Shown one piece after another: positions 48,837-58,042 of a DNA stretch of 64,000 nucleotides. The position numbers were made by a program, and so were the translations under genes. The notes under the pieces are model-generated. The model made no database searches and was not told the DNA's origin. It saw only the letters and a list, made by a program, of their open reading frames with translations. Source of the stretch: an uncultured delta proteobacterium (GTDB lineage Bacteria > Desulfobacterota > Binatia > Binatales > Binataceae); the NCBI GenBank assembly GCA_963836955.1, contig CAWILO010000011.1:776715-840714 (forward strand), given 5' to 3'. Position 1 is the first letter of the stretch. Each line of letters starts with the position of its first letter.

Positions 48837-49100
48837 CTAGGTGTGCCTTTTGACGGGGCGGCTGTTAAGTCCGGAATCGGATCTATCTTTTTCCGACCCC
48901 GGTACCCTACGATCAGCGAGATATTGCTCCAAATCGTCTGACCGGAAGCGTTTCGCTCGCCCAATTTTATAGTGGGGAAGGTCGCCACGCGCCACCATCC
49001 GATATATGGTCATTTCGGTCAGCTGCAGGAGATCAGCCAACTGCTGGACGGTGTAAAATTCCTTTGGGCCCTCAACCGAAGTGTCCATTCGTTTTTTCAA
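48837..49100 (-). CDS. excisionase-family helix-turn-helix DNA-binding protein
   Basis: FYTVQQLADLLQLTEMTIYRMVARGDLPHYKIGRAKRFRSDDLEQY. Confidence 0.55.
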   Translation of the reverse strand: MKKRMDTSVEGPKEFYTVQQLADLLQLTEMTIYRMVARGDLPHYKIGRAKRFRSDDLEQYLADRRVPGSEKDRSDSGLNSRPVKRHT

Positions 49101-49713
49101 TCTCCACCTCTTCCAGGTTCGACGACGTCTATCGGGACTGCACTCGCTCCCCTCGAATGACTCTCCCGCGCGAGCTAGCTTCAGTTTTCTGCAAACCGCT
49201 CCGAAGTTGCCTCACGGCTACATCCGTCTTCCAATGATGAAGAAAGCAGAGTGCAGGGAAAAAGAAAAGCTTTTCTTGGTTGTGGTAGGCTGGTCCATCA
49301 ACAAGTATTAAATTGATTCTTTATGTTTACTCGAATTGTTAAGCCTTGACAATACGTGTGACTTTCTGCGGTGCGGTCTCAATTTGGGGCTGAGTGTCTG
49401 AATTTCAATGTCAGAGCGTCTTGGTTTGCGGCGGCTCTGCCGATCTAGAGCCCAGGTGGGTTCATGCGGCGAAAGGCAGAAGCGAGATCGCGTGTGGCCG
49501 ATAGCCTCGGCGTACGTCGATGTATGTCACGCGACAATCGCGACGATGCCGGTGACTAGGCGGTCGCATTTCGCCGCTCATTGTCGCACAAAGGGAACTT
49601 CTACGCCGCCGTCCGCTGAGCGATGTCGATGAGTCTCCACGGGGACTGTAGCTCGTCGCTCAGAACAGAGGGCCCGTACAATTCGCGTCAGCCTCGAGAG
49701 CGAGCGGGCCTCG

Positions 49714-50331
49714 CTACCGCTGCTTCGACTTTCGAATCGCGGCTAACATGAAAAGGAAATCGCGCGAGTTCCGTGCCTCGCCCATCAAGGCCACCTTCGA
49801 GAGGACCGTCAGTTCCGCGCCGGTGATCCCGTAACGGCGGTGCAGGCTCTCGTTTCTAACGAACAGCTCCCAAGCGCTTTGATGTCTCGCCTCAGGTCGA
49901 TGTTCCGTCAATCCACTGGCGTGAGGGTGACCTCGGAAAGCTCGCTGACATGCTTCAGTTCCTTCCTTTGCAGGGGAGTGCTGATCGAGCTTCAGAAGGC
50001 GAAGGATGGGACTGACCTTTAGCTGCGATGCGGAAGCTGCGACCCGAATTTGTTCACGAATTTCGGGCTGACTGGCGAGAACCGGGTGGCTCTTTCGTGG
50101 ATCAAAAAAGAGCGGCTCGTCAGGAGCCGGTTTACGTCCAAATTTAACCTCAAATGCGCGAAAACGATGGCGAATGACTTCCAGCAGTGCACATTTCGGA
50201 CACGGCCTGGACCAACTGCAGGTAGCTGCGTTAAGTGATGAAGTTGATGGAAGCATTTTAATGCGCTTGTACTCCTTTCTTAACTTTTCGTTATTTTTCT
50301 GAGGATTTGAATCACCTGAGCTGTTTAGCAT
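49714..50331 (-). CDS. hypothetical protein (205 aa)
   Basis: ORF in the AT-richer region. No recognisable motif and no tyrosine-recombinase signature. Confidence 0.3.
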   Translation of the reverse strand: MLNSSGDSNPQKNNEKLRKEYKRIKMLPSTSSLNAATCSWSRPCPKCALLEVIRHRFRAFEVKFGRKPAPDEPLFFDPRKSHPVLASQPEIREQIRVAASASQLKVSPILRLLKLDQHSPAKEGTEACQRAFRGHPHASGLTEHRPEARHQSAWELFVRNESLHRRYGITGAELTVLSKVALMGEARNSRDFLFMLAAIRKSKQR

Positions 50332-50529
50332 TCGTTTGATGTCTAACGCAAGTGGTTAAAAATGGCGGTAGCGCCGGATAACTCGCAAGAAAATCCCAGT
50401 GGTCAATCAAGACGAAGTTTGCAAAGTACTGCAGGTTGGTGAATCTCTCTGGATCACCAAGCCGCGGGGACCGTGATCGATCGATGGGAGCGGGTGCTCG
50501 AAGACCAGGGACAAGTGGTGCCTTCGGTT

Positions 50530-50814
50530 TTAGCGAATTGTTACCGTCACATCGAAGAGACGCGCGTACATCGATTTGTCGTCTCGAACAGAGATTCCGA
50601 TCGCTCCTTCAGGTACCTCCCGCTGAACGAACTGATACACGACGCTCACGACCGAGTGGCGTTTGTCCGCCCCAGACGGGTTCGGGAGAATAATCTCTTC
50701 CCCAACACGGGGGACGCTGCCGGCTTCATAAAAAGGCACATGCCACTTGTGCCCACGACCATCGTCAAACGTAACGCAGTTATGTGGAACAGTCGTAGAT
50801 GTTTTTTTTGGCAC
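50530..50814 (-). CDS. hypothetical protein (94 aa)
   Basis: Composition looks like real protein. It lies just downstream of the tRNA-like sequence on the same strand. Confidence 0.3.
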   Translation of the reverse strand: MPKKTSTTVPHNCVTFDDGRGHKWHVPFYEAGSVPRVGEEIILPNPSGADKRHSVVSVVYQFVQREVPEGAIGISVRDDKSMYARLFDVTVTIR

Positions 50815-50878
50815 TGGAACCCCTTCACTGATTCAGCAGGAATCTGCACAGCCTTGCCAGTTTCGTCCGCTTTCATGT

Positions 50879-50957
50879 TGGCGCGCCGCACCGGGATCGA
50901 ACCGGCGTCTCCCGAAGGCGAACTCCGAGCGCTTTGCCAGAGCTAAGCTAACGGCGC
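50879..50957 (-). tRNA. tRNA-like sequence (possible tRNA gene or pseudo-tRNA) with a tentative anticodon loop GTTCGCC (TCG, Arg)
   Basis: The minus-strand sequence is gcgccgttagcttagctctggcaaagcgctcggagttcgccttcgggagacgccggttcgatcccggtgcggcgcgcca. The 7-bp acceptor stem pairs, the D-arm is GCTT/AAGC with GG in the loop, the T-arm is GCCGG-TTCGATC-CCGGT, and the 3' end is CCA. The anticodon arm needs one extra nucleotide and has C at position 37, so it is not canonical. Confidence 0.4.
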
Positions 50958-53489
50958 GTTGAGGGTAGCGACGAGTTTTTGGTAAGGCACAACCGCTATG
51001 ACCTTGGTGCGGCCGGCGCCTACTCCGGCGGACGCGATTGACGGTCAGGCACTGCATCCGGCTCGCTTCCTTAAGTCTCAATCTGACCAAGGTGCTCTGA
51101 GACCAACTCCGACGAGCGCCTTCGTATATTCTCGGCGCCCACACTGAGTGCGTCGCACACGTGAGAATGACAGAAGGCTTGTGATGCCGTTGGAGAAGAC
51201 CCAAGACGACGCCTCATTGAAAGATTTTTTATCTGCGCTTTGCTGCGATTTGGCGAGACTCGATAATCCCGCGGGACATTAATGGCGTCGGCCCGGCAGA
51301 CCGAGCATTGGACGTTGCTCGCTCGAAACGGTCTGTGCGCCAACCAATTCGAAGAACTGGCTCTGCAGAATCGCATCAGGTGGCGGACTCAGCAGACCAC
51401 TTCAAAAGCCACTTGCCTAGAATCATTCTCATAGCCTATTTGGCTTCGTCATTTTCCGGCCTATTGCGGTTTACACGCCTTCACAGTACGTGCTCCGCCT
51501 CCGCCCCCAGTTGCTGAACGTGACACCGTTGGACAAGAAATGAATCGTTCAAAATTAAATTAACTACTGTAAAACTATTAATCATTTAGAATCACTTCAT
51601 AACTTATAATAACATATCGTAGATTGCTAGATAATGCAAAGGTCATATCGGTTAGTAATAGTTGTCATCTTGTAGCGGAATTCAGCTCTCGGTAGTATTC
51701 CAAATCACTCAGTCGAAACCTGCTGAACCGGCCATCTGGTCGCCACGACATTCGCGGGAAGTAGGCCCTTCCCCTCCATATGCAGTGGACCGGATTGGTC
51801 GAGTTGGGCGCGTCGGAGCACCAGCCGAAGAGCGCGCGCTGCATATCTCGAAAAAAAGCCCTCGGATCACAACTCCGAGGGCTTGAAGCAACCGCCTTTC
51901 GGCATCACCTCTCTGGCCGGATTCTCGGGGGAGAGCAACCGCCAGAATCAGCAATCCTAGCAGCGCGCCATCTTAAGTCAAGCCCTGTGGTGTCCAGCTA
52001 ATTCAGCGGCTTCTGTAGCTGTATACATGCGAAAACGCGGTTTATCTGACGCTATATTTCTTCACAATTTCGGTGCAGACGTCGATATCATAGGGGATGG
52101 TTGCGCAGGGACACAGGTCCACGAGCCTCTTGTCCGTAGCAAAAACTCCAAAAGAGTCGTTTGAGATTCACCTTCGCTACGAACGGCTCGCCGCCTGATT
52201 CGTCCCTGATTCCTGCTGACCAACGGTTGCGCGCGGGCCGGTACCTCTTCGTTTGAAAACTCTGTATCGCAGGTTGTCGATCTCGATCAGGTCCGCCTCT
52301 TGTGGTTCAGATCGTATCTCTCTCTCATTTTAGCGCATCCATTACCGATTCTCTCAGCCGCTCAAATTCAAGTTCGGAGGAAATTTTTGGTAGGGACAGC
52401 CGATCCAGACTGAGCGCGATACGATAGTTGCGGTCGAAGCCTATCTTCACAGGAACCAGGTAAGGTTGGCTGACGCCTTCCCGCCCGACCAATGCCTTGA
52501 AACTGTGAATCTTCTGGAAGAATTCGCTGACAAACTGCAAGCGCTTAGGCGACCTCCGAGACAATAGCTCCGCAAGGAAGCGCGAGATTTGTTGATCCCA
52601 TGGATGTAGATTAGTCCATGCCCCTCGCAAGGGCTTTCATCGCGCTGTCCAGCTCTGAAAATTTCCCGGCGCCGTGCAATCTCATCCGCCGTGTTTTCAT
52701 AGGAGTGCGAGCTAGCTGGGTTTGGCTACGTTTCAACCCGGCGCCCCGTCGTTCCCCGGCGCGCCAAATCGGACCGGTTGCGGGTGGTAGGGGGCGCAGT
52801 CTTCGGGAATCGTAGTGAGGGTCCCGCAATTCTTCATCCAGTTGGTTGTCGGTTGGGTTTCCCGGACGGCCTCTAGGAAAATTGCTGCACTCGCTCTAGC
52901 TCCCGGCCTCTTTTCAGCCCGATTTCGATCTCGCGCCGCCGACCGTTTGCCATAAGCCCGCAAACTTCGTAGTCCTCGGATCGTTCATGGTGTCATCGCG
53001 CTAGCTGGTTCGCTTAACGCCCGTTTTTCTGGCCCGCTGGTGCACCCATCAGCCGCTTAACCATCCAATCGCATTCCCCATCGGGTACTTTAATATTTTG
53101 CTTCATATTGTGAATCGCAGGAGTCTTTGATCCGCTCTGGCCCTCCCTTACGCAGCGAAGGACAAAGAGCGTCGCTCCGATACGAATCGCTCTACAATCT
53201 CCGAGCTTGCAACGAGTATTCGCTTGCCAGTATTTTGGTTGCGCGCTCATCTCTAGTTCCGCCGATTCCTGAATCAAAGTGTTCCCGCGCTTCCGCTCCT
53301 TGGCACGCCGCATCACTTGATTCCCGACTATCCGAAGACCGGTGCTAACACGCTGATGCCGATGTTTGGTGGGCAGGTTTTTGGTAGGAACCTGCCCCTA
53401 AACCCATCGGGTTGCCTAACGGTTGCGATTGGCAATGCGCAGAGCTTCTCCATCGTCAATCGTCCGCAATGGCCGAAGATGCTTCAAAC

Positions 53490-53702
53490 CTAGCGCGAGC
53501 GGTAGCGTTCAAGCGCGAGCAAGACTCCACCAATCAGAAGCGCCAAGCCGCTGGCCCCAGTTCCCGGATCAAGTTCTGGAGCGCACCAAAACCGACTCCG
53601 ATCTCCCCACTCCGCCCATGCGACTCCTCCAAAGGCAATCGCGAAGAGGACCGCAGCGGTAACCGTCCAGACCCAGCTTGGAAGCTTTGCGCGATCGTTC
53701 AT
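53490..53702 (-). CDS. small two-TM membrane protein (hypothetical)
   Basis: 70 aa with two hydrophobic helices. An AT-rich putative promoter lies upstream at 53700-53810. Confidence 0.3.
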   Translation of the reverse strand: MNDRAKLPSWVWTVTAAVLFAIAFGGVAWAEWGDRSRFWCAPELDPGTGASGLALLIGGVLLALERYRSR

Positions 53703-53973
53703 AACACGTCATACCTCCGTAAAGAGTTTAAATACAACAAGAGCATAGAATTGTCAACTCAAAGAGATTAAAATATTGAAAAATAAATCAAACATTAGAT
53801 GGCGCGGCGTGCCGCGCCACCCGGGTGGGGAGTCCTCGCTCCGGCAGCCAGGTGCAGAGAAACGCGTTATCCGCGTGCTCCGGAAGCCGCGACCTGTGAC
53901 ACCTTGATTCAGCTCCTCATTGTCGTATTGTTCTGTCCGAGACGCGGCGGTCGCGCGACCTGTTAGTCTCGCT

Positions 53974-55164
53974 CTACGCGAAGTATCGTCTCGGCGGCCG
54001 GTGCGCAGCGAGACGAAACGGAAGCGAGAGCCCCCACCAGAAGAAGGCGCGTAGCGGCGAAGTATCGTAGAGGCGGAGGGCCCAGGCCTTGCGCCGAAAC
54101 GTGCCGCTGGATCCTCTCAGAAGTTCCAGCTTCGCATCGACATCAGTGAAGAGAAGATGGCGTCGATGCTGCGCGATAGACTCCGCTAGAGCTGGAAACT
54201 CATCGCGACAGTCGAGGACGTCGAGAACGAGGTCGAGAACATTGACCGAGATGCGTAGCAGACGTTCCTCGGCGCGCCCCGCGAAGAATACCTCCCAGTG
54301 GAGAGTCCCGGCGAGCCGGCTGAAGATTGCATAGAGATCGACGAAGGACTTGAGGCGAAGAATGCCGACCTGGACATCGCCGTGGATCGAAAGCAACTGG
54401 AGGACCAGCTCATGCTCGGCGTCGAGCGCGAGAAAGTGGACATTCCGAACCCGGACCTGCTTCTTGCGGCGCCAGATGTCCGAATAGTCCAGAGCAAATG
54501 AGGGGTGCTGGCGGAGCACCCAGTGAAGGTCGAGAGGCGCGAGCGGACCATCGAATTCGAAGTCGTGCGTGAATCTGGCCATAAGCGCCCGCGACCCAAG
54601 AATACGGGAGCGGCGTCGATATCCGAGGCCGCGAATAATCTCCTCGAATGCGGAAAGGTCGTGGCGGTCTGCGATCAGGAAGTCGATGTCGCCGACGTGT
54701 CGGGCGGCGAGCTGCCCGAAGTACTCCTCGGCCAGATGCAGTCCCTTTAAGAAGACGACCTCGCGCCTGCTCTGCCGAAGCGTCTGGTCAAGCTCGGCGA
54801 CCCGGGCGAGAAGCAATAGATTCCATCGCCACTGGGTGAGAAACGATCTTCGAAGGAATTCGACAGCCGGCTCTGGAAGGAGTGGTGCGAGCGAGTGGCT
54901 CTGTGCCGCATGGAAAACGCATGATGCGACCCGTTGGACATCGACATACTGGATAAAGGCGTGCCAATCGAAGTCCGTTGCCCCAGACAGAGCCTCGACC
55001 GTTTCGCCCTGGCCGCGGACGATCGCGCGAACGAGCTGGAACTCCCGTTTCGGCGCGTTCCGCGTCACCTTTGCTTCACCCAGAGAACAGATAGTGCCTG
55101 CAGCCAGCCGGATCGTTCGAAGACCTATCACGTCAAGTGTGCGTTCGGCTAGGTCAAGACCCAC
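53974..55164 (-). CDS. nucleotidyltransferase-family protein, an orphan paralogue of the lasso-cluster nucleotidyltransferase at 19710..21002
   Basis: Shared architecture and motif GDIDFLIADRHD (versus GDLDILIRQGD). The protein is 396 aa. Confidence 0.55.
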   Translation of the reverse strand: MGLDLAERTLDVIGLRTIRLAAGTICSLGEAKVTRNAPKREFQLVRAIVRGQGETVEALSGATDFDWHAFIQYVDVQRVASCVFHAAQSHSLAPLLPEPAVEFLRRSFLTQWRWNLLLLARVAELDQTLRQSRREVVFLKGLHLAEEYFGQLAARHVGDIDFLIADRHDLSAFEEIIRGLGYRRRSRILGSRALMARFTHDFEFDGPLAPLDLHWVLRQHPSFALDYSDIWRRKKQVRVRNVHFLALDAEHELVLQLLSIHGDVQVGILRLKSFVDLYAIFSRLAGTLHWEVFFAGRAEERLLRISVNVLDLVLDVLDCRDEFPALAESIAQHRRHLLFTDVDAKLELLRGSSGTFRRKAWALRLYDTSPLRAFFWWGLSLPFRLAAHRPPRRYFA

Positions 55165-55364
55165 CGATTGCCGACGATAATCTGCCGTTCAATCGACCAG
55201 CTATCTGACTAAGCCGGGCAGACGGGACCCTTAACAGAGCGGCTGATATCAGCGTGAAATTGAAAGTCAGGATTATCACTCATGGTGACAGTGAAGAGTG
55301 GTGCGCGTTCGGTGCGCGCTCAAAGCCCGCGGTTCAGATGGACCGTTTGATTGGGACCACCTTC

Positions 55365-55724
55365 TCAGGAAGCTTTTGCCTTTCTCTCCGCCCAGCGCTT
55401 CTTCATCGCTTCGGACAGCTTCTTTCTGCCTGCGGGTGTGAGTCGCCCGCGTCTCTTTGGCGCGGCAGCCTTAGCCGACAAATTTTTCGCCCGCCGCTCC
55501 GCCCAACGTTTTTTCATCGCCAGTGACAATCGCCGTCGCCCCGCCGAGGTAATGCCGCCCTGTCTCTTACGCACAGCTTTTCGAATGGCACCTTTGCCAC
55601 TCACACCGGTGGTTTCGATTAGAGCAGCAATTGCCCGACCAATCTTGTCTCTTTCGCTCTTCAATTCTGTGATGATTGTGCTTAGGTCCAATATCGGCTC
55701 TCCTTGACTGAACGGTTGAAACAT
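55365..55724 (-). CDS. small basic protein with an N-terminal coiled-coil-like region and two tandem ~25-aa basic repeats. It may be DNA-binding or nucleoid-associated
   Basis: The internal Met of track ORF 55365..55925 gives MFQPFSQGEPILDLSTIITELKSERDKIGRAIAALIE, then GGITSAGRRRLSLAMKKRWAERRAK and GRLTPAGRKKLSEAMKKRWAERKAK. The matching DNA repeats are visible at 55380-55560. Confidence 0.4.
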   Translation of the reverse strand: MFQPFSQGEPILDLSTIITELKSERDKIGRAIAALIETTGVSGKGAIRKAVRKRQGGITSAGRRRLSLAMKKRWAERRAKNLSAKAAAPKRRGRLTPAGRKKLSEAMKKRWAERKAKAS

Positions 55725-56526
55725 TATCGGGTCTGCACGAAGGAACTTCAATAGCTTCCAATTCCGCACGCCTGTTGGAAGGACGTGAGCGCGAAAGAGC
55801 GCAAGGATTGATGCGCCACGCGTAGCGCGCGCGCTATAGGATGAGCGGTCGCCCGAGGAACGGTTGCGTACAATAGAGGCGCGCGCAAAGAAAGTGGGAA
55901 AAGCAGCGGGAGTAAACCCGAGCAAGGCTGCATCACACGGGACGACAATCGCCTATAGAGTGAAAGAGCTTCTCGAGAGTCGCGCCAGACTTCATCACGC
56001 CGGTCGACAATAGGGACGACAGCTCGAACTCAACCGCCGCGCCAGGCGTCCGGAACACCCTGTGCGTCTCCGATGCGCCCGGATTCGGGTATGAGAAGCG
56101 ACAGCCGCTAGGATGTCAACCACAGACAGAGATTCGCGGCAGATTGTATCAACCGGCAGCCAGCTATCAGAACGCGCTGTGCTCGCAGAGTCCTTCGACT
56201 CGTCACCGCGATAAGGGTTTCGGTTTCAATTGAGATGCTCGAGAATGAGAGTGCGCCAAATAAAGACTCTTGGCTGGAACGGAACATTCAGCGCGCTCAA
56301 TCCTGCGGATGTACCGTTGCTCTACCCAGGACCTCTGGTCGGTCACAACTATCCCGTAAGTGGATCGTCAACTCCTGGCGCGCTGCGCACTTGAAGGTGA
56401 AGCGCGCGTCGTCATATTTCGGCGGACCCATGCTAGTCGTCGCGTCGTTCGAAGCTCCCACGCTCGCGTTCGAGCCCCCGATGAAGTTCCGGTCGAGCTC
56501 CGTTGGAGTTTTCGTTGGAGAGACTG

Positions 56527-57630
56527 CTAGTGTTGTGTCCCATTAATAAGTTTACAGATGCGCCGGAGTTTGTCGAATATCGAGTTGGCGGTGGCAGTCC
56601 AAACGAAGGGCCGCTTGTGGGCGTTGTAATGAGCGACGTAGGCGTCGATCTTCCCCACCAGTTGACGGACGTTGCGAAACGAACCGCGGCGAATCGCTTG
56701 CTGGGTGATAAGCGCGAACCAGCGCTCGACCTGGTTGAGCCAGCTCGAGTAGGTGGGCGTGAAGTGAAGGTGAAAGCGCCGATGGCTGGCGAGCCACGCT
56801 TTTACCTTGGGATGCTTGTGAGTCGCGTAGTTGTCGGCGATCAGGTGCAGTTCGAGGTCGGCCGAGATGTTAGCATCCAGATGTTTCAAAAAGCTCAGGA
56901 ACTCCTGATGGCGATGGCGCGGCTTGCACTGGGAGATGACCCCGCCGTCAACGATGTCCAGTGCCGCGAAGAGCGTGGTAGTGCCGTGGCGATAGTAATC
57001 GTGCGTTACCCCCTCGACATAGCCGAGCCCCATCGGCAGCACCGGCTGGGTGCGCTCCAAGGCCTGCACCTGGCTCTTCTCGTCCACGCACAATACCAGC
57101 GCGTCGTCCGGCGGATTGAGATAAAGCCCAACGATGTCGCGCACCTTTTCGACGAAAAACGGGTCGGTGGAGAGCTTAAAGCTCTTGCTCCGATGCGGCT
57201 GCAAGCCGAACAGCGCGAAGTAGCGCGCGACCGTGCTCTTGGAGATGCCGGTATGCGCAGCCACGCTACGCACGCTCCAGTGGGTGGCGACGGCAGGCTG
57301 GCTGTGCAGCACCTTGCGCAGCAAGGCCGCTACTTGTTCGTCGCTATGGCTGCGCGGTCGGCCCGAACGAAGTTCCGCGTGCAGCCCGGCGATGCCGCGG
57401 TGTTGATAACGCTGGCGCCACCGACTGACCACCGGAGCACTAACCCCGCAGCGCCTGGCGACCTCTCGGTTGGCGCTGCCAGCGGCCGACAGCAGCACGA
57501 TCTGCGCGCGCCGCACCAACGAATGCGGCAGGCTGCGCGAACGCACGATCGAGCGCAGTTGCGACCGCTCCGACTGACTAATGATCAACGTTGTATTCGG
57601 CCTGCCCATCCTAACCTCCGGCCGAACCAT
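56527..57630 (-). CDS. IS630-family (Tc1/mariner-like) DDE transposase
   Basis: N-terminal HTH region, then a DDE domain with LHLIADNYATHK...TPTYSSWLNQVERWF, which is characteristic of IS630. Confidence 0.7.
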   Translation of the reverse strand: MVRPEVRMGRPNTTLIISQSERSQLRSIVRSRSLPHSLVRRAQIVLLSAAGSANREVARRCGVSAPVVSRWRQRYQHRGIAGLHAELRSGRPRSHSDEQVAALLRKVLHSQPAVATHWSVRSVAAHTGISKSTVARYFALFGLQPHRSKSFKLSTDPFFVEKVRDIVGLYLNPPDDALVLCVDEKSQVQALERTQPVLPMGLGYVEGVTHDYYRHGTTTLFAALDIVDGGVISQCKPRHRHQEFLSFLKHLDANISADLELHLIADNYATHKHPKVKAWLASHRRFHLHFTPTYSSWLNQVERWFALITQQAIRRGSFRNVRQLVGKIDAYVAHYNAHKRPFVWTATANSIFDKLRRICKLINGTQH

Positions 57631-57677
57631 AGCAGATGGACTCGCGTCTGTAAAGTTATTTATGGGACACTATACTA
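56528..57677. mobile_element. IS630-family insertion sequence (~1.15 kb) with ~30-bp imperfect terminal inverted repeats (GTGTCCCATTAATAAGTTTACAGATGCG / CGCGTCTGTAAAGTTATTTATGGGACAC) flanked by TA
   Basis: TIRs read directly at about 56530-56563 and 57643-57675. TA dinucleotides are at 56528-56529 and 57676-57677. A single transposase gene sits inside. Confidence 0.65.
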
Positions 57678-58042
57678 GCGCATGGTCTCCGGGCGCGACG
57701 CCGGTGGATTCGCAGGCTGCGCGCCTGTCCTTGATATCCGCCCACGCCGTTCTCGCAGCCTTCGTCAGGTTCAGCCAGGAATCAATCCGCTGACGAAGAC
57801 AAACCACACTTGAGCATGCGGGGGGAAAACAATTTCCGCAATCATCGCGAGAAGTGTTTCGCATGACAAGCACGTTCGACCGATCCATGTTGTCGCCAGC
57901 TATGACAGCGACTACTCGGCGAAACTTCTCGCGCGCAAGCAGTTGGTGCTGTTTTATGCCAGAACCAAGCTGTTCCAAGCGGTTGACTGGCTCTTGTCCA
58001 TTGGTGTAGCGAATACGCGTACTCAATAGGTCAGACCCCATC

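Noticed and set aside
49714-50331. Tested whether the 205-aa ORF next to the tRNA-like sequence is a degraded tyrosine integrase
   Set aside because: There is no R...HxxR...Y arrangement or integrase-like C-terminal motif. I left it as hypothetical.
50473-50946. 157-aa plus-strand ORF ending ...ARRTGIEPASPEG
   Set aside because: Its C-terminus is the translation of the reverse strand of the tRNA-like sequence (a GGTTCGAxCC artefact), and it overlaps the better minus-strand ORF 50530..50814.
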